Below, one piece after another: positions 39,015 to 48,006 of a stretch of 64,000 bases of DNA. The first letter of the stretch is position 1; each line of letters begins with the position of its first letter. The notes beneath the pieces are model-generated. The model was not told where the DNA came from, searched no databases, and was given only the letters and a program-made list of their open reading frames with translations. Source of the stretch: Candidatus Lustribacter sp. GTDB lineage: Bacteria; Vulcanimicrobiota; Vulcanimicrobiia; Vulcanimicrobiales; Vulcanimicrobiaceae. The stretch covers positions 736,001-800,000 of the forward strand of contig OZ255842.1 of NCBI GenBank assembly GCA_965277805.1, in the 5' to 3' direction. Made by a program: the position numbers and the translations under genes.

Positions 39015-40247
39015 GTGGAGGCCCGGCGCAACCTGCCGATGGCCGTAAGCGGCAGCGTCGCGGCGTTCATCGTTTTGTTCGTCTATTTGGGAATACGCCA
39101 GCTCCTCGGATTGCGCATCGGCGGGAACAGCGGCACGTATTTGCAGAGCGCGCTATCGTTTCTGCACCACCTGAACACGCACAATCTCTCCGATCACACC
39201 TCCAGCACGGCGGTGCACGACCAATGGTTGCTGATCGCCCTCTGCCCGTTCGTCGCGCTCTGGCCGCACGTCGAAACGGTCGTGATCGTGCAAGTCGTCA
39301 GCGTCGCGGCGAGCGCGATCGTGCTGTGGTACCTCGTGCGTGCCCTTGGCGGAACGCGTGGCGCAGCGACCGCGCTGAGCATCGCGTGGCTCATCAGCCC
39401 GTCGCTCGAGGGCTTTGCGTTCGGTGATTTCACGCCGGAGCATTTCGTGCCGCTGCTGGCGTTCGCGCTCGCACTCGCGATCGTGCGCCGCGCGCCGGCG
39501 GCGGCGCTGATCCTGGCGCAGCTGCTCTTCGGCGTAAAGGAAGACGTCGTGCTGCTCACGGTCTGGACGTGTACGATCGTGCTCTGGCAGTCGAACCGGC
39601 CGTTGGCCCTGGCGATCGCGGCGCTGGGCGCGGTCAACCTCGGGGGCTACGAGCTCTATGCCGCCGCGCATCACTACCACTCGCTGCTGCCAGGCTACGG
39701 CTTCACCGATCCGCATCCGCTCGAACACGTGCTGTTTCTGCTCGAAGTGCTGACGCCGCTGGCGTTCGCGCCGCTGCGGCTAGGTTGGCGAATGCTGATC
39801 GTGCTTCCGTTCCTGGCCGAGCTCTTTCTCGTGCAGAGCTACGCGGGTGGGCTTCTGGTGCGCAGCGGCAGTTACTACACGACGCCGCTCCTCACGCTGT
39901 TCGGTATCGGTACGGCCGTAGTCGTCGCGCGTTTGCCGCGCACGGCCGATGTCGCGCTCGGCCTGAGCGTCTTATGCGCGTTGACGCTCAATCCGACCGC
40001 GCTGCGTTTCGGCCGGCACCTCTCGGCGCCCGATCCGCTCTACCCGGTCGCGCGCGCGTGGGCCGGTGTCGATGCGCCGGTCGCATTTCCGTGCGCCGAT
40101 CAGGGCGCCTGGGTCGTCGCGGCTACGAACCCGCATGCCGACCTCGTCGGCTGCGATGAAGCCATGACGCGTCAACGGGCAGCGTATCGCGATATCCCGC
40201 TCGGTTCGACCGCCGCGTGGACGCGCGGTCCGGCGGCCATGAAATAA
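39015..40247 (+). CDS. DUF2079-like polytopic membrane protein (GT-C-like)
   Basis: YLQS...H..W, P..ETVVIVQ, DF..E, GVKED, many TM segments. Confidence 0.65.
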   Translation: MEARRNLPMAVSGSVAAFIVLFVYLGIRQLLGLRIGGNSGTYLQSALSFLHHLNTHNLSDHTSSTAVHDQWLLIALCPFVALWPHVETVVIVQVVSVAASAIVLWYLVRALGGTRGAATALSIAWLISPSLEGFAFGDFTPEHFVPLLAFALALAIVRRAPAAALILAQLLFGVKEDVVLLTVWTCTIVLWQSNRPLALAIAALGAVNLGGYELYAAAHHYHSLLPGYGFTDPHPLEHVLFLLEVLTPLAFAPLRLGWRMLIVLPFLAELFLVQSYAGGLLVRSGSYYTTPLLTLFGIGTAVVVARLPRTADVALGLSVLCALTLNPTALRFGRHLSAPDPLYPVARAWAGVDAPVAFPCADQGAWVVAATNPHADLVGCDEAMTRQRAAYRDIPLGSTAAWTRGPAAMK

Positions 40248-40266
40248 AGCTCCACGCCGCGAGAAC

Positions 40267-40282
40267 GTACCATTTGTCCAAA
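40267..40282 (+). repeat. 16-bp direct repeat, copy 2 (GTACCATTTGTCCAAA)
   Basis: Identical to 37985-38000; upstream of the TBDR. Confidence 0.8.
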
Positions 40283-40385
40283 AATATGCAAATGATAAGG
40301 GTTAAGGCCACGCTAACCTTGCGGCATATCGAGCTAGCCTGGTCGCATTTGAGCGCAGGCGGCATTTTCCTAATACAGAGGTTCT

Positions 40386-43178
40386 ATGCATACTCTCAAG
40401 GGGGCGCGTGCGTTCGGCAGCGTAGCTGTCGTTCTGGCACTCCTCTCGACCGTGGTGCCCGTCGCCGCCGCGACGCCCCCGATTGCCGCCCAGGCAACGG
40501 CTCAGGCAACGTTCACCGGCACGGTTCACGACGATACCGGAGCCAGCGTTCCGAACGCGCAGGTCACCGTCAGCGGCCCTTCGACGCAGACGACCACGAC
40601 CGATTCGGACGGCAATTTCTCGGTCAGCCTCCCGCCGGGCATTTATCGCGTATCGATCGCCAAAGGCGGCTACAATCAAGTCGCGCTGCCGGACGTCGTG
40701 GCGACCGCGGGGACGTCGACGCCGCTCACCGTGACGATGTCTCAAACCTCGCTCAACTCACTGCAAACGATCGGCACGGTCACTTCGACCGGCGGTGGCC
40801 GCGGTTCGATCAACGCCGGTCCGGCGCAGACCACCGTCGTTTCCGGACAGGCATTTCAAGATCTCGGCGATCCGCAGATCAACAGCGTGCTGCAACGCAT
40901 TCCCGGTTTGACCGTCCAGCAGATGGGCAGTCAGCAAGACCGCACCATCGTCGTCGGCGGCGTGCAGCCGTACGAAACGCAGGTGCTCATCGACGGTCAT
41001 CCGCTGGCGCAAGGTCAGTACGGCGTGTGGGTCAGCACGTATTTTCCTTCATTTCTGATCGGCAGCGCGGAAGTGCAGTCGGGTCCCGGCAACACGACGC
41101 CGTTCGCCAACCTCGCGGTCGGCGGCACGGCCAACCTCGTCACCCCCGGATTCACGAAGCAAACGCACGTCTCGCTCACCGAGGGCGGCGACAACTACGG
41201 TTCACAGTGGAGCACGTTCTTGGGCACGGGTTCGATCGGCCACTTGGGCTACGTTGTCGATATCGGCACGTTAGGTCAGAATACGCCGTTCACGGGCACG
41301 CAAAAGTGCATCGTGCTGCCCGACGCCAACAAGCCCGGGGCCTCGGTCGTCGGCACGTGCGAATCGGCGGACGGCAATTTCTATCAGCGCGGTCTGGTCG
41401 GGAAACTGCGCTACGACTTCACGCCGACGACGTCGCTCACGGCGAGCTTCGTCGGCGCGTTCGGCGGCTTTGACCCGCAAGGCACGGCGTGGGGAACCGC
41501 CCTTGGGCCGACGACGATCGAAAACTGCGAAGTCGGACTGCCGGCCATCTGCGGCGTGCCCGGAAATCAGTACATCGGTAAAACCATCAACGGCTACGCC
41601 TGGTACACCGGCTCGTCGATCTACAACAATCAAACGATGTACGATGCGGAGCTCCGCACCGCGATCGGTACCGGCACGCTGCTCGTCCGTCCCTACATCG
41701 GGCAGATCGAGCCCGAGATCATCGTCAACAACAAAAACGAAGAAAACGTCAGCTTCTACGGTGCCCCGGGCGTCTTCGCGCCGGGTCTCGTGCCCGGGAC
41801 GGCGCCGCCGCCCGGCTACAATCCGCCCGCCGGCACGACCGAAGCCGACTGCACCGCGTCGTTCGGCAGCATCACGAACCCCGCCGGACTGTACTCCGTA
41901 ACCCCCACCAACCAGTTCGAGTGTTACGACAACCCGTACACCACGTACGAACAAGACAAGCTGTACGGGATGACGACGTCGTTCACGCAACCGCTGAGCG
42001 GCGACAACTTCCTCGAACTGACCTACGACTTTCACGGTCAGAGCACGTTCGCGTATATCGACCAGCCCTCGTTCGTCTCGGTTCCGTTCTCGACCGATCG
42101 CTATTCGACGTTCGCGCTCACCGGCAGCTTCGGTATTGCACCGAATACGACGTTCAACTTCGGCTTGTACAACACGCAGTGGAGCGTCAACGGCAGCAAG
42201 CCCGTCAGCAACGTCGACCCGACGCTGGTGGGCTTCACGCGCCAGATCTCGCACTTCGATCCGCACGGTGCCTTCGTGATCCGTCCGGATGCTTCGGATT
42301 CGATCCGCATCGCGGCCGGAACGTCGACGACGTTCCCGTTCGTCGGACAGGTCAGCGGCTTGGCAACGTTCGAACCGCCGGCCTGTTCGCTCGGCGCGCC
42401 GTACGCCGACGGCGGAACGCTGACCCAAAAGAACCCCAACCTCAACCCTGAGACGAGCATCGCGTATAACGTCGGTGCGGATCACCGGTTCTCGAACGGT
42501 TCCGTGCTGAGCCTCGACTTACAGAACACCGTGGTGCACGGCGTGTTCGAGGAACTCACGACATCGGTGCCGTCGACCAACCCGAATCTGTGCTTGGCGA
42601 CACCGGCACTGGAAGGCATCTACTATCCGGCGAACGTCGCGCGTCTCGTCGCGAAGTCGGCCAACCTCAAGTACACCTACGCTCCGAACAAGGGCTTCGG
42701 CTTCAACCTTGCGGTGTCGGCGGAGAGTTCGGTCGTCTCGGGCTTCACGGCCGCGAATGCACCGACGCTCCCGGCGAACAACGCGCAAGTCTGCGGCCCG
42801 GGCACGACGGTCGGCGCATCGACGTGTATCCCGTATCTGCAAGGGTACGGACAGTTCACGTGGACGCTGCCGAGCGTCGCCTTCCTCGCGCTCGGCGTGC
42901 AGTACTACGGCAACAACAACGCGTTCTTCTCGCCGCCATTCGCGCAGGTCGACTTCGTCGGCCGGCGTTCGGTGACGAAAGCCGTGTCGCTGCAAGTGTC
43001 GGTGCAGAACCTCCTCAACACCAATAACTACGGCCTGTATCTGCCGATCCCGGGCGCCGGCGTGCCGTTGATCACCAATAACGTCGTCGGCAACACGATC
43101 CAGCAAGGCTCGTTCGCGACCTCGCTCGTGCCCGCATCGCCGCGCTACATCCGCTTCGATCTGATGGTTCACATCTGA
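40386..43178 (+). CDS. TonB-dependent receptor with N-terminal carboxypeptidase-regulatory-like domain
   Basis: Signal peptide, GTVHDDTGASVPNAQV, LQRIPGL plug, VLIDGHP, NPNLNPETS, VQNLLN. Confidence 0.85.
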   Translation: MHTLKGARAFGSVAVVLALLSTVVPVAAATPPIAAQATAQATFTGTVHDDTGASVPNAQVTVSGPSTQTTTTDSDGNFSVSLPPGIYRVSIAKGGYNQVALPDVVATAGTSTPLTVTMSQTSLNSLQTIGTVTSTGGGRGSINAGPAQTTVVSGQAFQDLGDPQINSVLQRIPGLTVQQMGSQQDRTIVVGGVQPYETQVLIDGHPLAQGQYGVWVSTYFPSFLIGSAEVQSGPGNTTPFANLAVGGTANLVTPGFTKQTHVSLTEGGDNYGSQWSTFLGTGSIGHLGYVVDIGTLGQNTPFTGTQKCIVLPDANKPGASVVGTCESADGNFYQRGLVGKLRYDFTPTTSLTASFVGAFGGFDPQGTAWGTALGPTTIENCEVGLPAICGVPGNQYIGKTINGYAWYTGSSIYNNQTMYDAELRTAIGTGTLLVRPYIGQIEPEIIVNNKNEENVSFYGAPGVFAPGLVPGTAPPPGYNPPAGTTEADCTASFGSITNPAGLYSVTPTNQFECYDNPYTTYEQDKLYGMTTSFTQPLSGDNFLELTYDFHGQSTFAYIDQPSFVSVPFSTDRYSTFALTGSFGIAPNTTFNFGLYNTQWSVNGSKPVSNVDPTLVGFTRQISHFDPHGAFVIRPDASDSIRIAAGTSTTFPFVGQVSGLATFEPPACSLGAPYADGGTLTQKNPNLNPETSIAYNVGADHRFSNGSVLSLDLQNTVVHGVFEELTTSVPSTNPNLCLATPALEGIYYPANVARLVAKSANLKYTYAPNKGFGFNLAVSAESSVVSGFTAANAPTLPANNAQVCGPGTTVGASTCIPYLQGYGQFTWTLPSVAFLALGVQYYGNNNAFFSPPFAQVDFVGRRSVTKAVSLQVSVQNLLNTNNYGLYLPIPGAGVPLITNNVVGNTIQQGSFATSLVPASPRYIRFDLMVHI

Positions 43179-43203
43179 CCGGCGGCGCACGCGCATAAAA
43201 AGC

Positions 43204-43234
43204 AAAGGCCTCACGCTACGGCGTGGGGCCTTTT
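43204..43234 (+). terminator. Rho-independent terminator downstream of the TBDR
   Basis: AAAGGCCTCACGC-TACG-GCGTGGGGCCTTT(T): 13-bp stem with one G-U pair and a UNCG loop. Confidence 0.75.
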
Positions 43235-43258
43235 CCTATCGACGCCGAACGCTTGCGC

Positions 43259-44149
43259 ATGGGGCTCACCACCGACGACGTAGCGCGCTATCACAACGAC
43301 GGCTACCTGATTGTCGACGGCTTGTTCGACCGGGCGACCGTCGATGCGTGTCTCGCCGAGGGAACGCGCGTCTGTCGCGGCGAGTACGGTCCGCTCGATG
43401 GTTTGCTGCCGTCCTCGGCCGAGCAGTCCGACGAGGACGTGCTCAGCGCATACATCACCTGCGCGATCGTGCACAAGATCTCACCGCTGTTCGGTACGTT
43501 GATTGCCGACGCGCGCATCGCGCCGATCGTCGAGAAGCTGATCGGCCCCAACGTAAAGGGCTTGCACAGCCAGTTTTTCATCAAGCATGCGGGCATGCCG
43601 GGCAACGCGTGGCATCAAGACGAAGCGTTCGTGCCGACGCGCGACCGCTCGTTGTGCACGGCGTGGGTCGCCCTCGATGAAGCGACGATCGAGAACGGCT
43701 GCCTGCGCTTTCTGCCCGGCTCGCAACGGGCCGGCGTGATCTATCCCCGCCGTCGTCACAACGACCCCTCGCTCGACCGCGAAGAAGAAGCATTCGGCTT
43801 TCCGGAACCGTTGGAGAGCGCCGTTGCCATTCCGCTGAAGCCCGGGTCGGCCGTGTTTTTCAACGGCTATCTCGTGCATGGGTCGTACCAGAACGTACGC
43901 GCCAACGGCTTCCGGCGCGCGCTGCTCTACACATACGCCAGCGCGGAAACGCTGATGGCCTGGAGCCCGCGCAACGATCCGGTGAGCGCCTACGATGACT
44001 ACCGCGACTACACGATGGTCTGCGGCAGCGATCCCTACGCGTGGAAGGGCGTTCGCGATCTGGGCCGGGCCTATCTGCGCAGGCCGGGTCCCACGCCGCA
44101 AGACGAGCAGCTTGCCGCGCTCGGCGAATCGCAACTCGCATTTCAGTGA
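43259..44149 (+). CDS. Phytanoyl-CoA dioxygenase (PhyH) family 2OG-Fe(II) oxygenase
   Basis: WHQD, AWVALD, ENGCL, HGS, RRA. Confidence 0.88.
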   Translation: MGLTTDDVARYHNDGYLIVDGLFDRATVDACLAEGTRVCRGEYGPLDGLLPSSAEQSDEDVLSAYITCAIVHKISPLFGTLIADARIAPIVEKLIGPNVKGLHSQFFIKHAGMPGNAWHQDEAFVPTRDRSLCTAWVALDEATIENGCLRFLPGSQRAGVIYPRRRHNDPSLDREEEAFGFPEPLESAVAIPLKPGSAVFFNGYLVHGSYQNVRANGFRRALLYTYASAETLMAWSPRNDPVSAYDDYRDYTMVCGSDPYAWKGVRDLGRAYLRRPGPTPQDEQLAALGESQLAFQ

Positions 44150-45075
44150 AGCGTATCGCCGTCATCGGCAGCAACATGATGGATCTCGTCACGTACGTGA
44201 CGCGCATGCCCGAGCGCGGCGAGACGCTCGAAGCTCCGCAATTCGCCCTGGCGCATGGCGGTAAGGGCGCGAATCAAGCCGTCGCTGCAGCCAATTTGGG
44301 CAGCGGCATCGTGTTTGTCGGCAAGGTCGGGGACGATGCATTCGGTTCGCTAACGCTCGAGAATTTTCGTCGTTACGGCATCGGTGTCGAGCATGTCGGC
44401 CGCGTTGACGGCGTTGCGAGCGGAGTTGCGCCGATCTTCGTGGAGCCGAGCGGCGAGAACCGGATCCTGATCGTGAAGGGCGCGAACGACTACGTATCGC
44501 CGGCCGACGTGGAACGAGCGCGCGGCGATCTCGCCGCATGTGAGGTGATCTTGTTGCAGTTGGAGGTTCCGTTGGAGACCGTGTACCGGTCGGTGGCGCT
44601 CGGCGTCGAACTCGGTATCCCGGTGCTGCTCAATCCGGCACCTGCGACGCCGCAGCTCGAGCTGGATCGCCTGAGCGGGCTCGCGTTTCTCGTGCCGAAC
44701 CAGAGCGAACTCGCACTGCTCAGCGGCAAGCCGTGTTCGAACGCGGCCGAAGCCGCGATCGCAGCGCGCGCGATCGTCGCAGCCGGCGTGAACACGGTCA
44801 TCGTGACGATGGGCGCCGATGGTGCCCTGCTCGTGCGCGCGGACGAGGAACGGCAGTTTGCCGCAGTGCCGGTGGTGCCGGTCGACACGACCGGTGCCGG
44901 CGATGCGTTCATCGGCAGTTTCGCGCATCATTTCGCCGCCGGTGGCGACGTCGTCGCGGCCATCGAGGCGGCGATTCGTTACGCCGCCCATTCGGTGACC
45001 CGCAAGGGAACGCAGATCTCGTACGCCAGCCGAGCGGAATACGACGCCTTCTGCTCCGCAACGAGGGACGCCTGA
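44146..45075 (+). CDS. Ribokinase family sugar kinase, most like deoxyribokinase DeoK
   Basis: IAVIGSNMMDL, GETLEAP, GGKGANQA, SGVAPIFV, LQLEV, DTTGAGDAFIG, KGTQ.SY; GTGA coupling. Confidence 0.85.
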   Translation: MKRIAVIGSNMMDLVTYVTRMPERGETLEAPQFALAHGGKGANQAVAAANLGSGIVFVGKVGDDAFGSLTLENFRRYGIGVEHVGRVDGVASGVAPIFVEPSGENRILIVKGANDYVSPADVERARGDLAACEVILLQLEVPLETVYRSVALGVELGIPVLLNPAPATPQLELDRLSGLAFLVPNQSELALLSGKPCSNAAEAAIAARAIVAAGVNTVIVTMGADGALLVRADEERQFAAVPVVPVDTTGAGDAFIGSFAHHFAAGGDVVAAIEAAIRYAAHSVTRKGTQISYASRAEYDAFCSATRDA

Positions 45076-45845
45076 TGGCTGCTGCTCGCCCTACACTGAT
45101 CCTCGGTGCGATGCCCTCCGAGGTGCGCGTCATTCAATCGCAGCTGGAACAGCGCCGTAGCGGCAAGCTGGCGTGTTTTCCCTACGATACCGGCATCTTG
45201 CGCGGGCGGCGCGTGATCGTGGCGGTCACCGGCGTCGGCGTGACCAACGGCGCGATGGTGGCGGCGCTGTTCATCGAGCGCTTCGCGCCACGCGAGCTGA
45301 TCGTCAGCGGTACCGGTTCGCGCTTCAACCCACGCATCCGCACCGGTGACACGGTCATCTCCACGAAGACGATCCATCACGCCGCCGGAAGTTTGACCGA
45401 CGGCGGGATGGTGTACCGCAAAGTGCGCGGTCCGCTGCCGGGTCAGATGACGTCGTGGTTTTATCGGCCCGACCCGGACTTGCTCGCGTTGGCGAAGCGC
45501 GCGATCGGGAGCTACGAGCCCGAAGAGATAACCGTCGACGGCGTGCGCTACGCGCCGCGCGTGCTGACCGGTGTGGTGACGGCGAGCGACATGTTCGGCG
45601 TTTCCGACGCCAAGATCGCCGACATGAAGGCCAAGCTCAATCCCGACATCATGGAAATGGAGAGTGCGGCGATCGCGCAGGTTGCGCATCAGCTCGACAC
45701 CCCACACATCGTGTTCCGGGCCGGCAGCAATCGCACGCAGTCGAATCCCGGCAACGACTACCGCAAGCTCGGCCAGATCGCTGCCAGCGCCGCGGCACGC
45801 TGGACCGTGCACTTTGCCGGCGCGCTGGCGGCGAACGCACGGTGA
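45075..45845 (+). CDS. MTA/SAH nucleosidase (PNP/UDP-fold) family protein with variant active site
   Basis: ILGAMPSE, TGVG, MEMESAAIAQV, RAGSN in place of RAISD. Confidence 0.8.
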   Translation: MAAARPTLILGAMPSEVRVIQSQLEQRRSGKLACFPYDTGILRGRRVIVAVTGVGVTNGAMVAALFIERFAPRELIVSGTGSRFNPRIRTGDTVISTKTIHHAAGSLTDGGMVYRKVRGPLPGQMTSWFYRPDPDLLALAKRAIGSYEPEEITVDGVRYAPRVLTGVVTASDMFGVSDAKIADMKAKLNPDIMEMESAAIAQVAHQLDTPHIVFRAGSNRTQSNPGNDYRKLGQIAASAAARWTVHFAGALAANAR

Positions 45846-46798
45846 TCGATCCGGCTCCGCCGCGCATCGATCTGCACCGTCACCTCGACGGCAACGTGCG
45901 GCTCGAAACGATCCTCGATCTCGGTCGCAAGCACGGCATCGCGCTGCCGGGTGATTCGATCGAAACGCTGCGCCCGCACGTCGTGGTGAGCGGCACCGGG
46001 CTTGGCCTCATGCCGTTTCTCGAACGCCTGCACTGGATGACGGCGGTCATCGCCGATACCGACGCGGTGCGGCGCGTGGCGCGCGAAAACGTCGAGGACG
46101 CGGCGCGCGACGGACTCGATTACGTCGAGCTGCGTTTCAGCCCGTACTTTCAGTCGCTTCCGCACGGTCTCGACCCGGTCGCGGTCGTGGCCGCCGTCGT
46201 GGCCGGTACCGAGGAGGGCCGCGCGGCGACCGGGTTGCCGGTCAACCTGATCGGTATTCTCAGCCGCACGTTCGGCGGCGACGCCTGCATGGCGGAGCTA
46301 GACGCGCTGCTCACCCATCGCGACGACATCGTTGGGCTCGACCTCGCCGGTGATGAAGCAAGGTGGCCGGCGGTAACGTTCGCCACGCACTTCGCACGCG
46401 CGCGCGAAGCGGGCTGGGCGATCACCGTCCACGCCGGCGAGGCCGCGCCCGCGGCGAGTATCTGGAGCGCCTTGCGCGTGCTCGGCGCCGATCGCATCGG
46501 GCACTGCACGCGTGCGATCGACGATCCGGCGCTGATGGAGTATCTTGCCGAGCACCGCATCGGCGTCGAAGTGTGCATTACGAGCAATGTTCAGACGGGT
46601 GCCGTGGCGAGCTACGCCGCGCATCCGCTCAAGACGTTTCTCGCGCAGGGCATCTTGGCGTCGTTGAACACCGACAACCCGATCATCAGCGGCATCGACT
46701 GGCCGCACGAGGTGGAGGTCGCGGCACCCGCCGCCGGTTTGACCGCCGGCGAGATCGCACAAGCGATGCGAAATGCGCGCGAGATCGCGTTCGTATGA
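45842..46798 (+). CDS. add: Adenosine deaminase
   Basis: DLHRHLDGN, YVELRFSP, SRTFG, DLAGDE, HAGEA, CITSN, NTDN; resembles enterobacterial Add. Confidence 0.88.
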   Translation: MIDPAPPRIDLHRHLDGNVRLETILDLGRKHGIALPGDSIETLRPHVVVSGTGLGLMPFLERLHWMTAVIADTDAVRRVARENVEDAARDGLDYVELRFSPYFQSLPHGLDPVAVVAAVVAGTEEGRAATGLPVNLIGILSRTFGGDACMAELDALLTHRDDIVGLDLAGDEARWPAVTFATHFARAREAGWAITVHAGEAAPAASIWSALRVLGADRIGHCTRAIDDPALMEYLAEHRIGVEVCITSNVQTGAVASYAAHPLKTFLAQGILASLNTDNPIISGIDWPHEVEVAAPAAGLTAGEIAQAMRNAREIAFV

Positions 46799-48006
46799 AG
46801 GCCGGCGTCTCCAAAGCTCCGGCAACGGCGATCGCCATCGCAACCTACATCGTCATGGGCGGCTTCTTCACGCAGAGCGGCGTGATCTTGGATGCGGCAG
46901 CGGCGTATTTCCACGCACCGATCCCCACTACCGCGACGCTGTTCTCGTATCTGACGGGGGGCAACCTCGTCGGCTTGATCGTGTGTTTGTTCGCGTTCAA
47001 CGTGCTGTCGATCCGCAGCGTCTTGTGGGTCGCCTATCTGACGCTTTTTGCCGGCGTCGCTCTGCTCGTCGTTACGCGCTCGTTGCCGGTCGGCGCGCTT
47101 GCAATCGGGTTGTGCGGATTCGGCGCCGGCGTCGGCTTGTCGGCGGGCGCCGTGATTATCGCGAAATCGTACGCGCTGCGGTCGCGCGCCGTCGCGTTCC
47201 TCGGCACCGACTGCACGTTCAGCCTGTCGGGCTACGTCTTTCCGGCTTTTGCCGCGAACGCGATCGCGCTCGGCTGGATGTGGCAGACCGGTTACATCAC
47301 GGTTGCAGCGGTCGCGGCGCTCTTGCTCGTAGCGGCGGCCTTCGTTCGCTTTCCGGTGACCGGCCGCGCGGCGGTTGCACAGCCCGCGGCCGAACGCGGC
47401 CTCGCCTCGCGGCGTTCGCGGATCGGCGTCGGACTGTTCGCGCTCGCGCTCGGGCTGTATCTGTGCGGTCAAGGTGCGTTCTTGATTTGGGCGCCGCAAT
47501 ATTTGCAGACGGTGTTCGGTCTTTCTCAACTGCTCGCTGCGCCGGTCGTCGGTCAGTTTTGGGGACCGTCGATCTTCGGACTGATCACGGCAGCGCTGCT
47601 CGTCACGCGCGTTCCCCCGCGCTGGGTCGTGATCGGTGCCGGGACGTTCTCCGTTGCGAGCCTGGTCGCGTGCATGCTGGCGCCCGATGCCCACACGTTT
47701 TTTATGGCCACGTTCGCGTTCGGGTTCACCTCAACGTGCTTGTTCAAGCTGCTGATTTCGCTCGGATCGGAGCAGATCGCCGGAGCGCCGCCGCAACTCG
47801 TCACGTTTCTTTTGCTGTCGGCGAGCATCGGGGGCACGATCGCACCCGCGCTCAGCGCGTGGTTCGTCAACGTGCGCGGTCCGCAGGCCGGCATTGTGAT
47901 GGCGCTCGTCTGTTACAGCGGGACGCTTCTGGCCGCCATCACCGCCTTGGTGATCGAGCGCGCGGAGAAGATTACTTCAACCGTTGTTCCAGCAAGCGCG
48001 TCATGA
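46795..48006 (+). CDS. MFS transporter, TsgA-like
   Basis: TD..FS..G..FP, Y..GQ..F..W.P.Y, LGSEQ...P.LV.F patterns recalled from TsgA; ATGA coupling to add. Confidence 0.75.
   Translation: MKAGVSKAPATAIAIATYIVMGGFFTQSGVILDAAAAYFHAPIPTTATLFSYLTGGNLVGLIVCLFAFNVLSIRSVLWVAYLTLFAGVALLVVTRSLPVGALAIGLCGFGAGVGLSAGAVIIAKSYALRSRAVAFLGTDCTFSLSGYVFPAFAANAIALGWMWQTGYITVAAVAALLLVAAAFVRFPVTGRAAVAQPAAERGLASRRSRIGVGLFALALGLYLCGQGAFLIWAPQYLQTVFGLSQLLAAPVVGQFWGPSIFGLITAALLVTRVPPRWVVIGAGTFSVASLVACMLAPDAHTFFMATFAFGFTSTCLFKLLISLGSEQIAGAPPQLVTFLLLSASIGGTIAPALSAWFVNVRGPQAGIVMALVCYSGTLLAAITALVIERAEKITSTVVPASAS

Noticed and set aside
26067-40247. Nucleoside-antibiotic or beta-lactam biosynthetic cluster (IPNS-like, P450, GT)
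   Set aside because: No scaffold-building enzymes (NRPS, PKS, radical SAM, ligases); importers and hydrolases dominate.
46667-46678. NTDN instead of NTDD in Add as proof of a new substrate
   Set aside because: NTDN occurs in other ordinary bacterial adenosine deaminases, so it is too weak on its own.
45075-46798. Futalosine (menaquinone) pathway MqnB + aminofutalosine deaminase
   Set aside because: The Asn motif fits, but there is no mqnA/C/D/E in the window and the coupled sugar kinase and transporter point to catabolism. Not formally excluded.
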